A stretch of 12,753 nucleotides of DNA from Bdellovibrio sp. (GTDB taxonomy: Bacteria > Bdellovibrionota > Bdellovibrionia > Bdellovibrionales > Bdellovibrionaceae), in assembly GCA_046318155.1 (NCBI GenBank), contig JBKCUU010000093.1, positions 1 to 12,753 on the forward strand, given 5' to 3'. Made by a program: the position numbers and the translations under genes. Shown here piece after piece: positions 1 to 7,337 of the stretch. The number at the start of each line of letters is the position of its first letter. The first letter of the stretch is position 1. The notes under the pieces were generated by a model. It had not been told where the DNA came from. It ran no database searches and worked only from the letters and a program-made list of their open reading frames with translations.

Positions 1-2
1 AA

Positions 3-596
3 TTCGGTCAACAGCAGTTTGGCCCTCAACAGTTTGGTCCTGGCCCTTCACTTCCCGGCCAAGGTCAATTCCGTCAACAGCAATTTGGCCAGCAACAGGT
101 TCAGCAGCAACCCGCAAACTGCACGACTTATGCAACCAACCAAGCAAAGTCTTTGATGATCAACGAATTGCAATTCACGACGGGCCCTCAGTTGCGAAAC
201 GCTTTGCTTGAAGCCAACATTGATGGCGACAGCATGTCTTTACAACAGATGTACATGTCGACCTTTCACAATCCCTTGATGAACGTGTGGAATCAAAATT
301 CACAAAACGGAATCAACTGGTCGCAAGCTCAATTGACACCTGGCTTGCAAAATCCTGGACTTCAAACGCCTGGTTTGCAAAACCACGGCGGCCCCGTCCT
401 GCCCGGCACCTATGATGCTCGCAACAACGGGAGCCGCGGAACGCCTGGAATCCCCCAAGCTTTTGGTCAACCCAACCAATACGGAGCCCCTGGCGGCGTC
501 GGTCAACCCAACAATTACCGACCAAACCCACAGACCTTCCCACAAAACAACGGCTTCGCGGCCCCCACCAACAACGGTTTGCGTAGTCGCTTCTAA
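3..596 (+). CDS. 3' part of a low-complexity Q/G/P/N-rich hypothetical protein (5' truncated by the window edge)
   Basis: The frame of ORF 153..596 is open from position 3 (FGQQQFGPQQFGPGPSLPGQGQFRQQQFGQQQVQQQPANCTTYATNQAKSLMINELQF...), so the true start lies upstream. It ends at TAA 594-596 and is followed by a terminator. Confidence 0.85.
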   Translation, partial: FGQQQFGPQQFGPGPSLPGQGQFRQQQFGQQQVQQQPANCTTYATNQAKSLMINELQFTTGPQLRNALLEANIDGDSMSLQQMYMSTFHNPLMNVWNQNSQNGINWSQAQLTPGLQNPGLQTPGLQNHGGPVLPGTYDARNNGSRGTPGIPQAFGQPNQYGAPGGVGQPNNYRPNPQTFPQNNGFAAPTNNGLRSRF

Positions 597-640
597 TTAA
601 AAAAAGTCCTCCACGGACCCAAGGAAGGGCCCGGAAAACC

Positions 641-674
641 AAAAAAGGCACCCCCAAAAAAGGGTGCCTTTTTT
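641..674 (+). terminator. Intrinsic terminator, potentially bidirectional
   Basis: AAAAAAGGCACCC (641-653), an 8-nt loop, then GGGTGCCTTTTTT (662-674): a GC stem flanked by A and T tracts, about 45 bp after the stop codon. Confidence 0.9.
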
Positions 675-709
675 CTTTACAAAATCCCATGGTGCCCGCG
701 GTTCGCGGC

Positions 710-849
710 TCACTCTTGAGTTTAGGCTTAGGAGTTTTCCTTCTGATAGAGACACGGCCCTCCAGGCCTCGCCGCCCCTGAATACCGCATCCTGCGGGGG
801 CGGAGGTCCCCATCAGAAGGAAAACTCCTAAGCCTAAACTCAAGAGTGA
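710..849. repeat. Hairpin element copy 1: perfect 38-bp inverted repeat around a conserved GC-rich core
   Basis: 710-747 TCACTCTTGAGTTTAGGCTTAGGAGTTTTCCTTCTGAT is the exact reverse complement of 812-849. The core 749-810 matches 1001-1062 in inverted orientation. Confidence 0.95.
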
Positions 850-952
850 TGCAAATCCGACTTCGAACGAAAAGCAGTTCCGGGATTTTAGAAATTCAAA
901 AATGATGGGCTTCCGGATCGACTCCGTTAAACTCCGACGTCTTTGAATGCGA

Positions 953-1108
953 GACGCTGATGATCCCGGTTTCCTCTCCTGAACTTCTCTTGAGTAAAAT
1001 GGGACCTCCGCCCCCGCAGGATGCGGTATTCAGGGGCGACGAGGCCTGGAAGGCCGAGTCCCATTTTACTCAAGAGAAGTTCAGGAGAGGAAACCCGGAT
1101 CCAGCGTC
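953..1108. repeat. Hairpin element copy 2 (opposite orientation): perfect 38-bp inverted repeat with an imperfect outer extension
   Basis: 968-1005 GGTTTCCTCTCCTGAACTTCTCTTGAGTAAAATGGGAC is the exact reverse complement of 1058-1095. Pairing extends via GATCC/GGATC (962-966 with 1097-1101) and GACGCTG/CAGCGTC (953-959 with 1102-1108). Confidence 0.95.
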
Positions 1109-1143
1109 CCTCCGAAGGGTCCGGGATTCTCAAAGAAGAGACG

Positions 1144-1173
1144 AAAAAAATCCCGGGGTCTTGCGACCCCGGG
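1144..1173 (-). terminator. Intrinsic terminator of the beta-barrel gene/operon
   Basis: The minus strand reads CCCGGGGTC-GCAA-GACCCCGGG-A-TTTTTTT: a 9-bp stem, GNRA tetraloop and U-tract, about 47 bp after the stop at 1221. Confidence 0.9.
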
Positions 1174-1220
1174 CCCTGCTGACCGCCTCTTGGTGTGTCT
1201 AGCTGCAGATCAAGATGCGA

Positions 1221-2681
1221 TTAAAATGAGATGGCGGCTTTGCTTTGAAATCCGTAAGTAAATCCTGCGTCCCGTCCCACAGAACCTTCTTTGAAGGCCG
1301 ATCCGGGAGAGAACAAACCAATTTCGTTGACCCATTGAACGCGCTCATAGGGGCGATAAACAAGAGCTGTGTCCCACTCAAATCCCAAATCTTTGCTGGT
1401 ATCGCTGTTGAGCACACGTGAAGGGTTTGTTTGAACTTGAGCGTAGGTGAGGGTGTTGCGCCAGTCGAGTTTATCACCAAAGCTGATCGTGAACCGAGGC
1501 GAGAAATAAACTGTGTTGCTGATCGCTTCTTCATCCAGAGCTTCTTCATTGGCGTAAGTCGGGCACGGAACAGTTGTGCAGCTTGCGTCACGATTGCGCT
1601 GAACACGCGAAGTCAGAACGTCATAGCCACCCATCGGGTGATTGAACATCATGAAGGCCACATCATAATTGCGATCCATTTGATAACCTTCGAAGTTATC
1701 GGTCGTCGGATTATCGCCGCTGACCAGGCCCGTTTTCACGAGCCATTTCCAATCTGTTTTTGGAAAATCAAGTTCGAGCGCGATGCCGTAACCATTGATT
1801 TTAATTTCTTGGCCGCCAGCGGTTTTGATACCCGTTGAACCGCTATCAAAACCTGCTTCCATACGAAATTTAAACGAGTCCCAACCACGCATCAGTGTAA
1901 TATTGGTGTGATTGGTCGACCAACCACTAGCTGCGAGTACTGAGGTGTAGGCGGGGTTCACGCCAGAATCAAAAACGTTGTAAGCATCATTCGAAGATTG
2001 CGAGGAGGTGCGTGTTCGGTAGAACAAACCAAAGACCGACTCGGTCTCGGCGTTGTTGTATTGGATATCAAACATAGTGTCGGTGACTTCTCGGCCTTGC
2101 GCTGGCGAGTAGTCGTAGGGCTTACCGATCATGGGCATGATCGAAAGATTTCCGATTAAAAATTTGTAACCGACAAGGTCCTGAATATCGCCCCAGTGAT
2201 CAAAGGCACCTTTGCCGGCGTTGTAACTCATGCCCAAACCAAACTGAAGCGGCGCGCGGCCGACCAAAATCGACCCGTACTCTTGATTGAAGGTGGCGTA
2301 CAACTCACGCACTTGCAGGTTTGAGGAGCCTTGATTCTGCGAAGTGACGTTCGATGAGGTACCGTTCATGTTCGTCGCTGTTCCGGCATTGGCGCCCGAA
2401 CCAAACTGCTGACCCACTTGGGAGTTGGGGTAGTTGGCGTTGCCTAGAACTTCAAAGTTCGCGACGACATGAACACCGTCGGCGGCGATAATCTTGGGCG
2501 AGAGGTTCAAATGGCTGAGCAAGTAAGACTTACGACCGCCGCCCGCACTTAAATTTGTTTTGTCGATTTCGGTGTATTCAAACCGGTACGTTCCGGACCA
2601 ATCAACGGCCATTGCCATCGCGGTTTGAGTCAAAAACAAGGACATTCCAAGAAGAGAAAGCTGCTTTTTCATAGGCCTCAT
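1221..2681 (-). CDS. Outer-membrane beta-barrel protein (alginate-export/TIGR04551-like porin; start may be ATG 2672)
   Basis: Sec signal peptide (MKKQLSLLGMSLFLTQTAMA), many amphipathic aromatic-rich beta strands, a GRxPxxFGLGM segment typical of this barrel group, and a C-terminal Phe (AAISF) consistent with a BAM signal. The family assignment comes from motif recognition only. Confidence 0.8.
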   Translation of the reverse strand: MRPMKKQLSLLGMSLFLTQTAMAMAVDWSGTYRFEYTEIDKTNLSAGGGRKSYLLSHLNLSPKIIAADGVHVVANFEVLGNANYPNSQVGQQFGSGANAGTATNMNGTSSNVTSQNQGSSNLQVRELYATFNQEYGSILVGRAPLQFGLGMSYNAGKGAFDHWGDIQDLVGYKFLIGNLSIMPMIGKPYDYSPAQGREVTDTMFDIQYNNAETESVFGLFYRTRTSSQSSNDAYNVFDSGVNPAYTSVLAASGWSTNHTNITLMRGWDSFKFRMEAGFDSGSTGIKTAGGQEIKINGYGIALELDFPKTDWKWLVKTGLVSGDNPTTDNFEGYQMDRNYDVAFMMFNHPMGGYDVLTSRVQRNRDASCTTVPCPTYANEEALDEEAISNTVYFSPRFTISFGDKLDWRNTLTYAQVQTNPSRVLNSDTSKDLGFEWDTALVYRPYERVQWVNEIGLFSPGSAFKEGSVGRDAGFTYGFQSKAAISF

Positions 2682-2719
2682 TCAAGCATGCGGATTCTGA
2701 AAAAGACAACTCTAAAAAT

Positions 2720-3262
2720 TTATGTTTCAACAATTCCGAGAATGTCGCTCTCTCGCACCACGATGAGGTCTTGGCCAGCCCACGTAATTTTCGAACCCGC
2801 ATGGGCAGCGAACAGAACTTCGTCGCCGACTTGCAGCTCGATCGGATGGATTTTTCCTTTTTTATCGAGATGTCCACGTCCCACGGCAAGAACTTTTGCC
2901 TTGAGATTGCCCGAAAGCTCAGCAGAGTCCGGAATATGAAGACCGCCCGCTGTCATTTTAGGTGCTTCGATGGGCACCAGAACGACGCGATCATCAAGGG
3001 GCGAAATCGATTTGCCCGTGATCATTTTTAGAGTCGGTGTTTTGCTAACTTTTGCAGCCGCTTTGGCTGGAGTCTTCGCGGCTTTGTTGATTGCTTTTTT
3101 CGCCGCGGGCTTCGCCGTCGGTTTCGCAGCTGACTTTTTGGGCGTCGCTTTCGTTTTTACTTTGGCTTTTATTTTGGCTTTTACTGTCGCTTTTACTTTG
3201 TTGCTTTTCTGTGCAACTTTTTTTGCAACTTTTTTGGGTGCAGTCTTCTTAGCCTTGGCCAC
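2720..3262 (-). CDS. groES: Co-chaperonin GroES (Cpn10) paralogue with a Lys/Ala-rich N-terminal extension
   Basis: The C-terminal ~100 aa has GroES motifs: ISPLDDRVVL, mobile loop TAGGLHIPDSA, AVGRG, VGDEVLF, RESDILG. The likely start is GTG at 3262, after a purine-rich AAGAAGAGAG and overlapping the upstream gene's end. An alternative internal ATG at 3025 lacks an SD. Confidence 0.9.
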   Translation of the reverse strand: MAKAKKTAPKKVAKKVAQKSNKVKATVKAKIKAKVKTKATPKKSAAKPTAKPAAKKAINKAAKTPAKAAAKVSKTPTLKMITGKSISPLDDRVVLVPIEAPKMTAGGLHIPDSAELSGNLKAKVLAVGRGHLDKKGKIHPIELQVGDEVLFAAHAGSKITWAGQDLIVVRESDILGIVET

Positions 3263-3524
3263 GTCGATTTCTCTCTTCTTCGTAATATTTACGATACATG
3301 ATGTCCCATTCGGGGCTACCTTCAAGGACGTTTCGCTTTAACGAGGCTACCTTTTCGCGCGCTTTAAGGTCGATGTCAGCATCTTCTTTGACAAATTCGG
3401 CAATCGCTTTTTTAGTTACCCGAAGCGCCATGTCTTCGTCGGTGAAATCAACCAGATCATCGTTATAAACAGCATCGTTAATAAGCAAAGCCAGATGCCC
3501 CTGACGGTCTTCAGAAATGATCAT
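3249..3524 (-). CDS. DUF507-family protein
   Basis: 91-aa helical protein ending ...RNVLEGSPEWDIMYRKYYEEERNRRG, typical of the second DUF507 partner in deltaproteobacterial pairs. It has an ATGA overlap (3521-3524) with the upstream gene. Confidence 0.75.
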   Translation of the reverse strand: MIISEDRQGHLALLINDAVYNDDLVDFTDEDMALRVTKKAIAEFVKEDADIDLKAREKVASLKRNVLEGSPEWDIMYRKYYEEERNRRGQG

Positions 3525-3799
3525 AAAATGATTTTTCTTTCTTTGGCGAGCTTCTGTTTCAGAAGTGGGTACATTTTGTAGCGCTCGAATTGCCCGCCGT
3601 GGCTGCGCTCAAGCTCTTCGAGCATCTTCTGGACGTCTTTTTCGAGAAGGGCTTCTTTATCGTAGTCTTCGCGCACAGCGGCGATCGCCCGCGCGAGCAC
3701 CCGTTTCTCGTCATCTTTAAATTCGACCAGATTGTGGGCCTTCCAGGCCTCGAGAACCTTTTCAGATAATTTTTGGATTTGCAAAGGAGTCAGTCTCAT
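3521..3799 (-). CDS. DUF507-family protein
   Basis: MRLTPLQIQKLSEKVL...YKMYPLLKQKLAKERKIIL, a typical DUF507 pattern. The start is reassigned to ATG 3799 because GGAGG (3810-3814, minus strand) lies 10 nt upstream. Confidence 0.8.
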   Translation of the reverse strand: MRLTPLQIQKLSEKVLEAWKAHNLVEFKDDEKRVLARAIAAVREDYDKEALLEKDVQKMLEELERSHGGQFERYKMYPLLKQKLAKERKIIL

Positions 3800-3849
3800 A
3801 ATTGATGTGCCTCCGTCCCTTCTTTTGACTATTGAAGTGACCCCTTCTA

Positions 3850-6117
3850 ATGTCAAGGGCGATGAAAATGAATCTCAAGAAATGGTTGATCGCGGCGGCG
3901 ACCCTCCTCGCACTGATGTGCATCGTCCTGATCACTTGGGTTTGGAATCTGAATGATGAAGTTCAAGACAAATTGCAGAACCGACGATTTCTTCCTCCCA
4001 CTGAATTTTACACCTCACCACTGGCGATTGGCGCACAAGACCGCTGGACGCGCGACGAGCTTCGCCATGAACTTGTCAGACGTCAGTACCGCGAAAATCC
4101 GCCAGACCGCCCGCTGTCTGCTGGTCAATTTTGGAGTCTCGAAGGCGCCGCGTGCACAGCTTCGATTGGACATCTCGAGAATGTCAGCGAACCTCAATGT
4201 CTGATTTTAAGTCCACAAGAAACGCCCGATCCCGAGTTTGCGCAGCCCGAGATGAAACTCCAAGCCGTAATCTGGAGCGCTGCAGATCCAGCGATTGTGG
4301 CCGCCGCAGCGAGAGCCAATCCACTTCGGCCCGCGGCGCAGGTTTGGCTTGAGCCCGAAGTCTTTGCGCAATACTTAGGCTCAACCCCTGTTTTGCAAAA
4401 TTGGACAAACTTAGGCGACACGCCGTCTTCATGTTTAAATGCCGTGCTGGCCATCGAGGATTCTCAGTTTCTTGAGCATGGCGGCGTCAGCTTTTTGGGA
4501 ATCGGGCGTGCCGCAGCTAAAAATATTTTGCAAGGACGTTTCGCTCAAGGCGGATCAACCATTACCCAGCAAATGGTCAAAAACTTTTTTCTGACTTCGG
4601 AGCGAACTCTCAAGCGAAAAGTCACCGAGATCATGATGTCAATGCTGTTGGAAGCTCATGCAAACAAAGACGAAATTTTTGAAACGTATTTGAATATCAT
4701 CTACATGGGCCAGTCGGGTCCGTTTGAAGTTCGCGGCTTTGGTGCGGCGGCTCGCCATTACTTTAATCAAGATCTTTCTCAATTGGGACTTTCAGAATGC
4801 AGTTTGCTGGCAGCCATTTTAAACTCGCCCGGAAACTTTGACCCCTCACGTAAGCCCGAGGCTGCGCAGAGGCGGCGGGCTCGTGTACTGGAGCGCATGG
4901 CCGAGCTTTCGATGATCTCGCCTGAAGATGCAGCGAGCGCGCAAGCGGCCCCGCTACCCAAGATTCAGCGGCAAACGTTGTGGGAAACGGCGCCTTATTA
5001 TATTCAGGCAGCGCTGTTTACACTCACCCAAGCAGGCTTATCGTCAGAGGGGCTGCAGATCTTTACGGGTCTTAAATCAAGTCACCAAGAGGTGGCGCAA
5101 AAGTCGGTTCAAGGCCAGATCGAGAAACTCGAAAAAGACCATCCCAAGATTAAAGAGATCGCCGCGAAGGGCATTCCACTAGAAGGCCTTTTGCTTTCGA
5201 TGGATTTGAGAAACAACTGGATCACGGCGGCTGTCGGCGGGCGTTCTTTTCGCAAAACTCAGTACAACCGGATCTTAGATGGACACCGCCAAATTGGCAG
5301 CTTGATGAAGCCCTTTGTTTTTTACTCTGCCCTCGAGAATGATCCGTCGCTGAATGCGCTCACGACTATAAAAGATGCGAAGTTTTCGTACAAATACGAA
5401 GGCCAGACTTGGTCGCCCGTTAACTACGGAAGAAAATATGAGGGCGAAGTTCCCATGTACTACGCACTCAAAAAAAGTTTGAACGCCGCCACGGCACAAG
5501 CTGGAATCACGGCGGGACTGCCGCGACTTAAAGATGTGGCTGAACGGGCTGGCAGCACCAGCACGCTGAAGCCCCTTCCTTCGCTAACGCTTGGCGCTTT
5601 CGAATTGTATCCCACCGAAGTTTTGCGCATGTACTCGACGCTTGCGCACTTGGGACAAAAATCGGAGCCCATTTGGGTCAGGTCTGCGCGGTACCCGCAA
5701 GGCAATACGGTTTATACGCCCTCGATTGAATCGTCTGAAGTTTTAGATCCCGTCGTGACCGCTCAGGTCGTAGGGATGATGAAACAAACAACGCAGTCTG
5801 GAACTGCCGCCGCCGTTAAGGCCAGTGGCTTTGATCTTCCCACCGCTGGAAAAACCGGAACAACGTCAGATTCTCGTGATACTTGGTTTGCGGGATTTAC
5901 GCCTCAGCGCTTAACTTTGGCGTGGATTGGATACGATCAAAACGCCTCTCACAATTTGACGGGCGGCTCGGGGACAGTGCCCATCTGGATTGAGTTTATG
6001 AAAAAGGCGACTGAACACGACTCCAAGAAAGACTTCGCCTGGCCCAGTGGCGTTCGTTCCCTCCATGTTCAACCGGCCCTCGAGACGTCAGAAATCGAAC
6101 TCATTTTAAAAAATTGA
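3850..6117 (+). CDS. mrcB: Class A bifunctional penicillin-binding protein (PBP1B-like); start probably ATG 3862 or 3868
   Basis: N-terminal TM anchor and a UB2H-like segment. GT51 motifs EDSQFLEHGG, GGSTITQQMVKN, RKVTE, KDEIFETYLN. Transpeptidase motifs SLMK (SxxK), SLN (SxN), KTG. Confidence 0.9.
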   Translation: MSRAMKMNLKKWLIAAATLLALMCIVLITWVWNLNDEVQDKLQNRRFLPPTEFYTSPLAIGAQDRWTRDELRHELVRRQYRENPPDRPLSAGQFWSLEGAACTASIGHLENVSEPQCLILSPQETPDPEFAQPEMKLQAVIWSAADPAIVAAAARANPLRPAAQVWLEPEVFAQYLGSTPVLQNWTNLGDTPSSCLNAVLAIEDSQFLEHGGVSFLGIGRAAAKNILQGRFAQGGSTITQQMVKNFFLTSERTLKRKVTEIMMSMLLEAHANKDEIFETYLNIIYMGQSGPFEVRGFGAAARHYFNQDLSQLGLSECSLLAAILNSPGNFDPSRKPEAAQRRRARVLERMAELSMISPEDAASAQAAPLPKIQRQTLWETAPYYIQAALFTLTQAGLSSEGLQIFTGLKSSHQEVAQKSVQGQIEKLEKDHPKIKEIAAKGIPLEGLLLSMDLRNNWITAAVGGRSFRKTQYNRILDGHRQIGSLMKPFVFYSALENDPSLNALTTIKDAKFSYKYEGQTWSPVNYGRKYEGEVPMYYALKKSLNAATAQAGITAGLPRLKDVAERAGSTSTLKPLPSLTLGAFELYPTEVLRMYSTLAHLGQKSEPIWVRSARYPQGNTVYTPSIESSEVLDPVVTAQVVGMMKQTTQSGTAAAVKASGFDLPTAGKTGTTSDSRDTWFAGFTPQRLTLAWIGYDQNASHNLTGGSGTVPIWIEFMKKATEHDSKKDFAWPSGVRSLHVQPALETSEIELILKN

Positions 6118-6174
6118 ATGTGAAAAATGAATCCGTTCGGCTTACCGCTGTGGATGGAGTGAAAAATTCAAAAT

Positions 6175-7164
6175 TCAGAGTTTACTCAAATCAAGCTCAA
6201 GACCCTCAAAAGCGAACCGCCAGCGAACCTGGGGCAGCGACACTCGGTTGGTTTCGGCCGTCTTCATGCGCCAGTCGTAATACTCTTTCGTTTGGCGCTT
6301 GAGCTCATAAACATCTTGAGTTGTTGCTCCTGGATCGTGATGCGCAAAAACCAAGTGGCGGATGTTCTCGCGGAATGCGATATCCAAACCAATTTGCGAG
6401 GCCGAGTGGCCCCAGTTTGCTTTTTCGGCAAGCTCTGGGAACGTATACTGGGCATCAAAATACATCATATCAACGCCTTGGTAGAGCGGCAGATCGGGCC
6501 CCAAAGCTTCGCGCGTTGAGCGTGTGCCCTCGGTGTCCACGCAGTGCGCGTAAACACGTCCACCCGACTCGACTCGCAGACCCCAGCAAGGATCTGGATG
6601 ATCAAGCTGATAGGAAGTGATGTTCATATCATCAAGCTTGGCTGTTTGACGTGGCTCAAGCCTATGAAACTTGATTTCAGAAGCGAGCGATTCAAAAGCG
6701 ACTGGGAAATAAGGTCTTTTAAAGACACCGCGAACCATTTCTTCAAGCTCTGGCTGGACCGCATAAACATTCACTTTGTTTCCAGCAATAAAGAGAGGAG
6801 CAAAAAACGGCAAGCCCAAGACATGATCCCAATGAAAATGAGTCAGAAAAATATGGATGTTGGCTTTGCCCTTGGCCGCGGGTCCCTTCATCATCGAATC
6901 ACCGATATTGCGAATGCCGCTTCCGCCATCGATGATCAACTGAGACGCAGCCGACTTCACTTGCACGCTCGTCGTGGCCGTGCCGAATCCGCCAATTTGC
7001 GGAGTCGACATCGTGGCCAGGTATTCTTTAACCTGTTCGGCGCGCGAATAACCTGCTTTAAAAAAGCCCTGGAGAAGACCCTCGAAATCTTTAGCCCACT
7101 GCTCCGGCGAAGGAGAGCTCGGTAAAGATCCTCGGACTCCCCAGTACTTGAGAATCAAGGACAT
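6175..7164 (-). CDS. MBL-fold metallo-hydrolase (RNase Z/phosphodiesterase-like subgroup)
   Basis: WGVRGS N-terminal motif, IIDGGSG, THFHWDH (HxHxDH), LDHP, DTE, DAQY, WGHS, AHHDP. Confidence 0.9.
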   Translation of the reverse strand: MSLILKYWGVRGSLPSSPSPEQWAKDFEGLLQGFFKAGYSRAEQVKEYLATMSTPQIGGFGTATTSVQVKSAASQLIIDGGSGIRNIGDSMMKGPAAKGKANIHIFLTHFHWDHVLGLPFFAPLFIAGNKVNVYAVQPELEEMVRGVFKRPYFPVAFESLASEIKFHRLEPRQTAKLDDMNITSYQLDHPDPCWGLRVESGGRVYAHCVDTEGTRSTREALGPDLPLYQGVDMMYFDAQYTFPELAEKANWGHSASQIGLDIAFRENIRHLVFAHHDPGATTQDVYELKRQTKEYYDWRMKTAETNRVSLPQVRWRFAFEGLELDLSKL

Positions 7165-7337
7165 ACTCCACTTAGAATGTCCGACCTGATCACGACATGC
7201 AATTGCTTTGATCTGAACCCCTTTGTCGGTCGAGAAGCAAGACCATCGTCGTGCCCTAATCCCAATGAACGATCGAACTTAAAAACAAACTCCAGTCGAC
7301 AGGAATTTAAACCGATCAGCTAGAAGGAGGAAACACC

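Noticed and set aside
710..1108. CRISPR array, tRNA or hammerhead ribozyme interpretation of the hairpins
   Set aside because: The repeats are inverted, not direct with spacers, and no cas genes are present. There are no tRNA T/D-loop motifs. CTGAATA is not followed by the GAAA core needed for a hammerhead.
313..1202. ORFs 313..843(-), 927..1133(-) and 960..1202(+)
   Set aside because: They run through terminators and palindromic repeats. The shared VSSPELLLSKMG text on both strands is simply a product of the inverted repeat.
2970..3341. Hydrophobic 123-aa plus-strand ORF resembling a membrane protein
   Set aside because: It is the antisense shadow of the Lys/Ala-rich GroES tail (AAA codons read as TTT).
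3800..3856. Extended N-terminus of the DUF507 ORF starting at 3856
   Set aside because: It overlaps the divergent PBP start region, and a strong SD supports ATG 3799.
6118..6174. GTGAAAAAT repeated (6120-6128, 6159-6167) between the convergent PBP and MBL genes
   Set aside because: Short and AT-rich with only weak pairing between the copies; cannot be supported as a terminator or operator.
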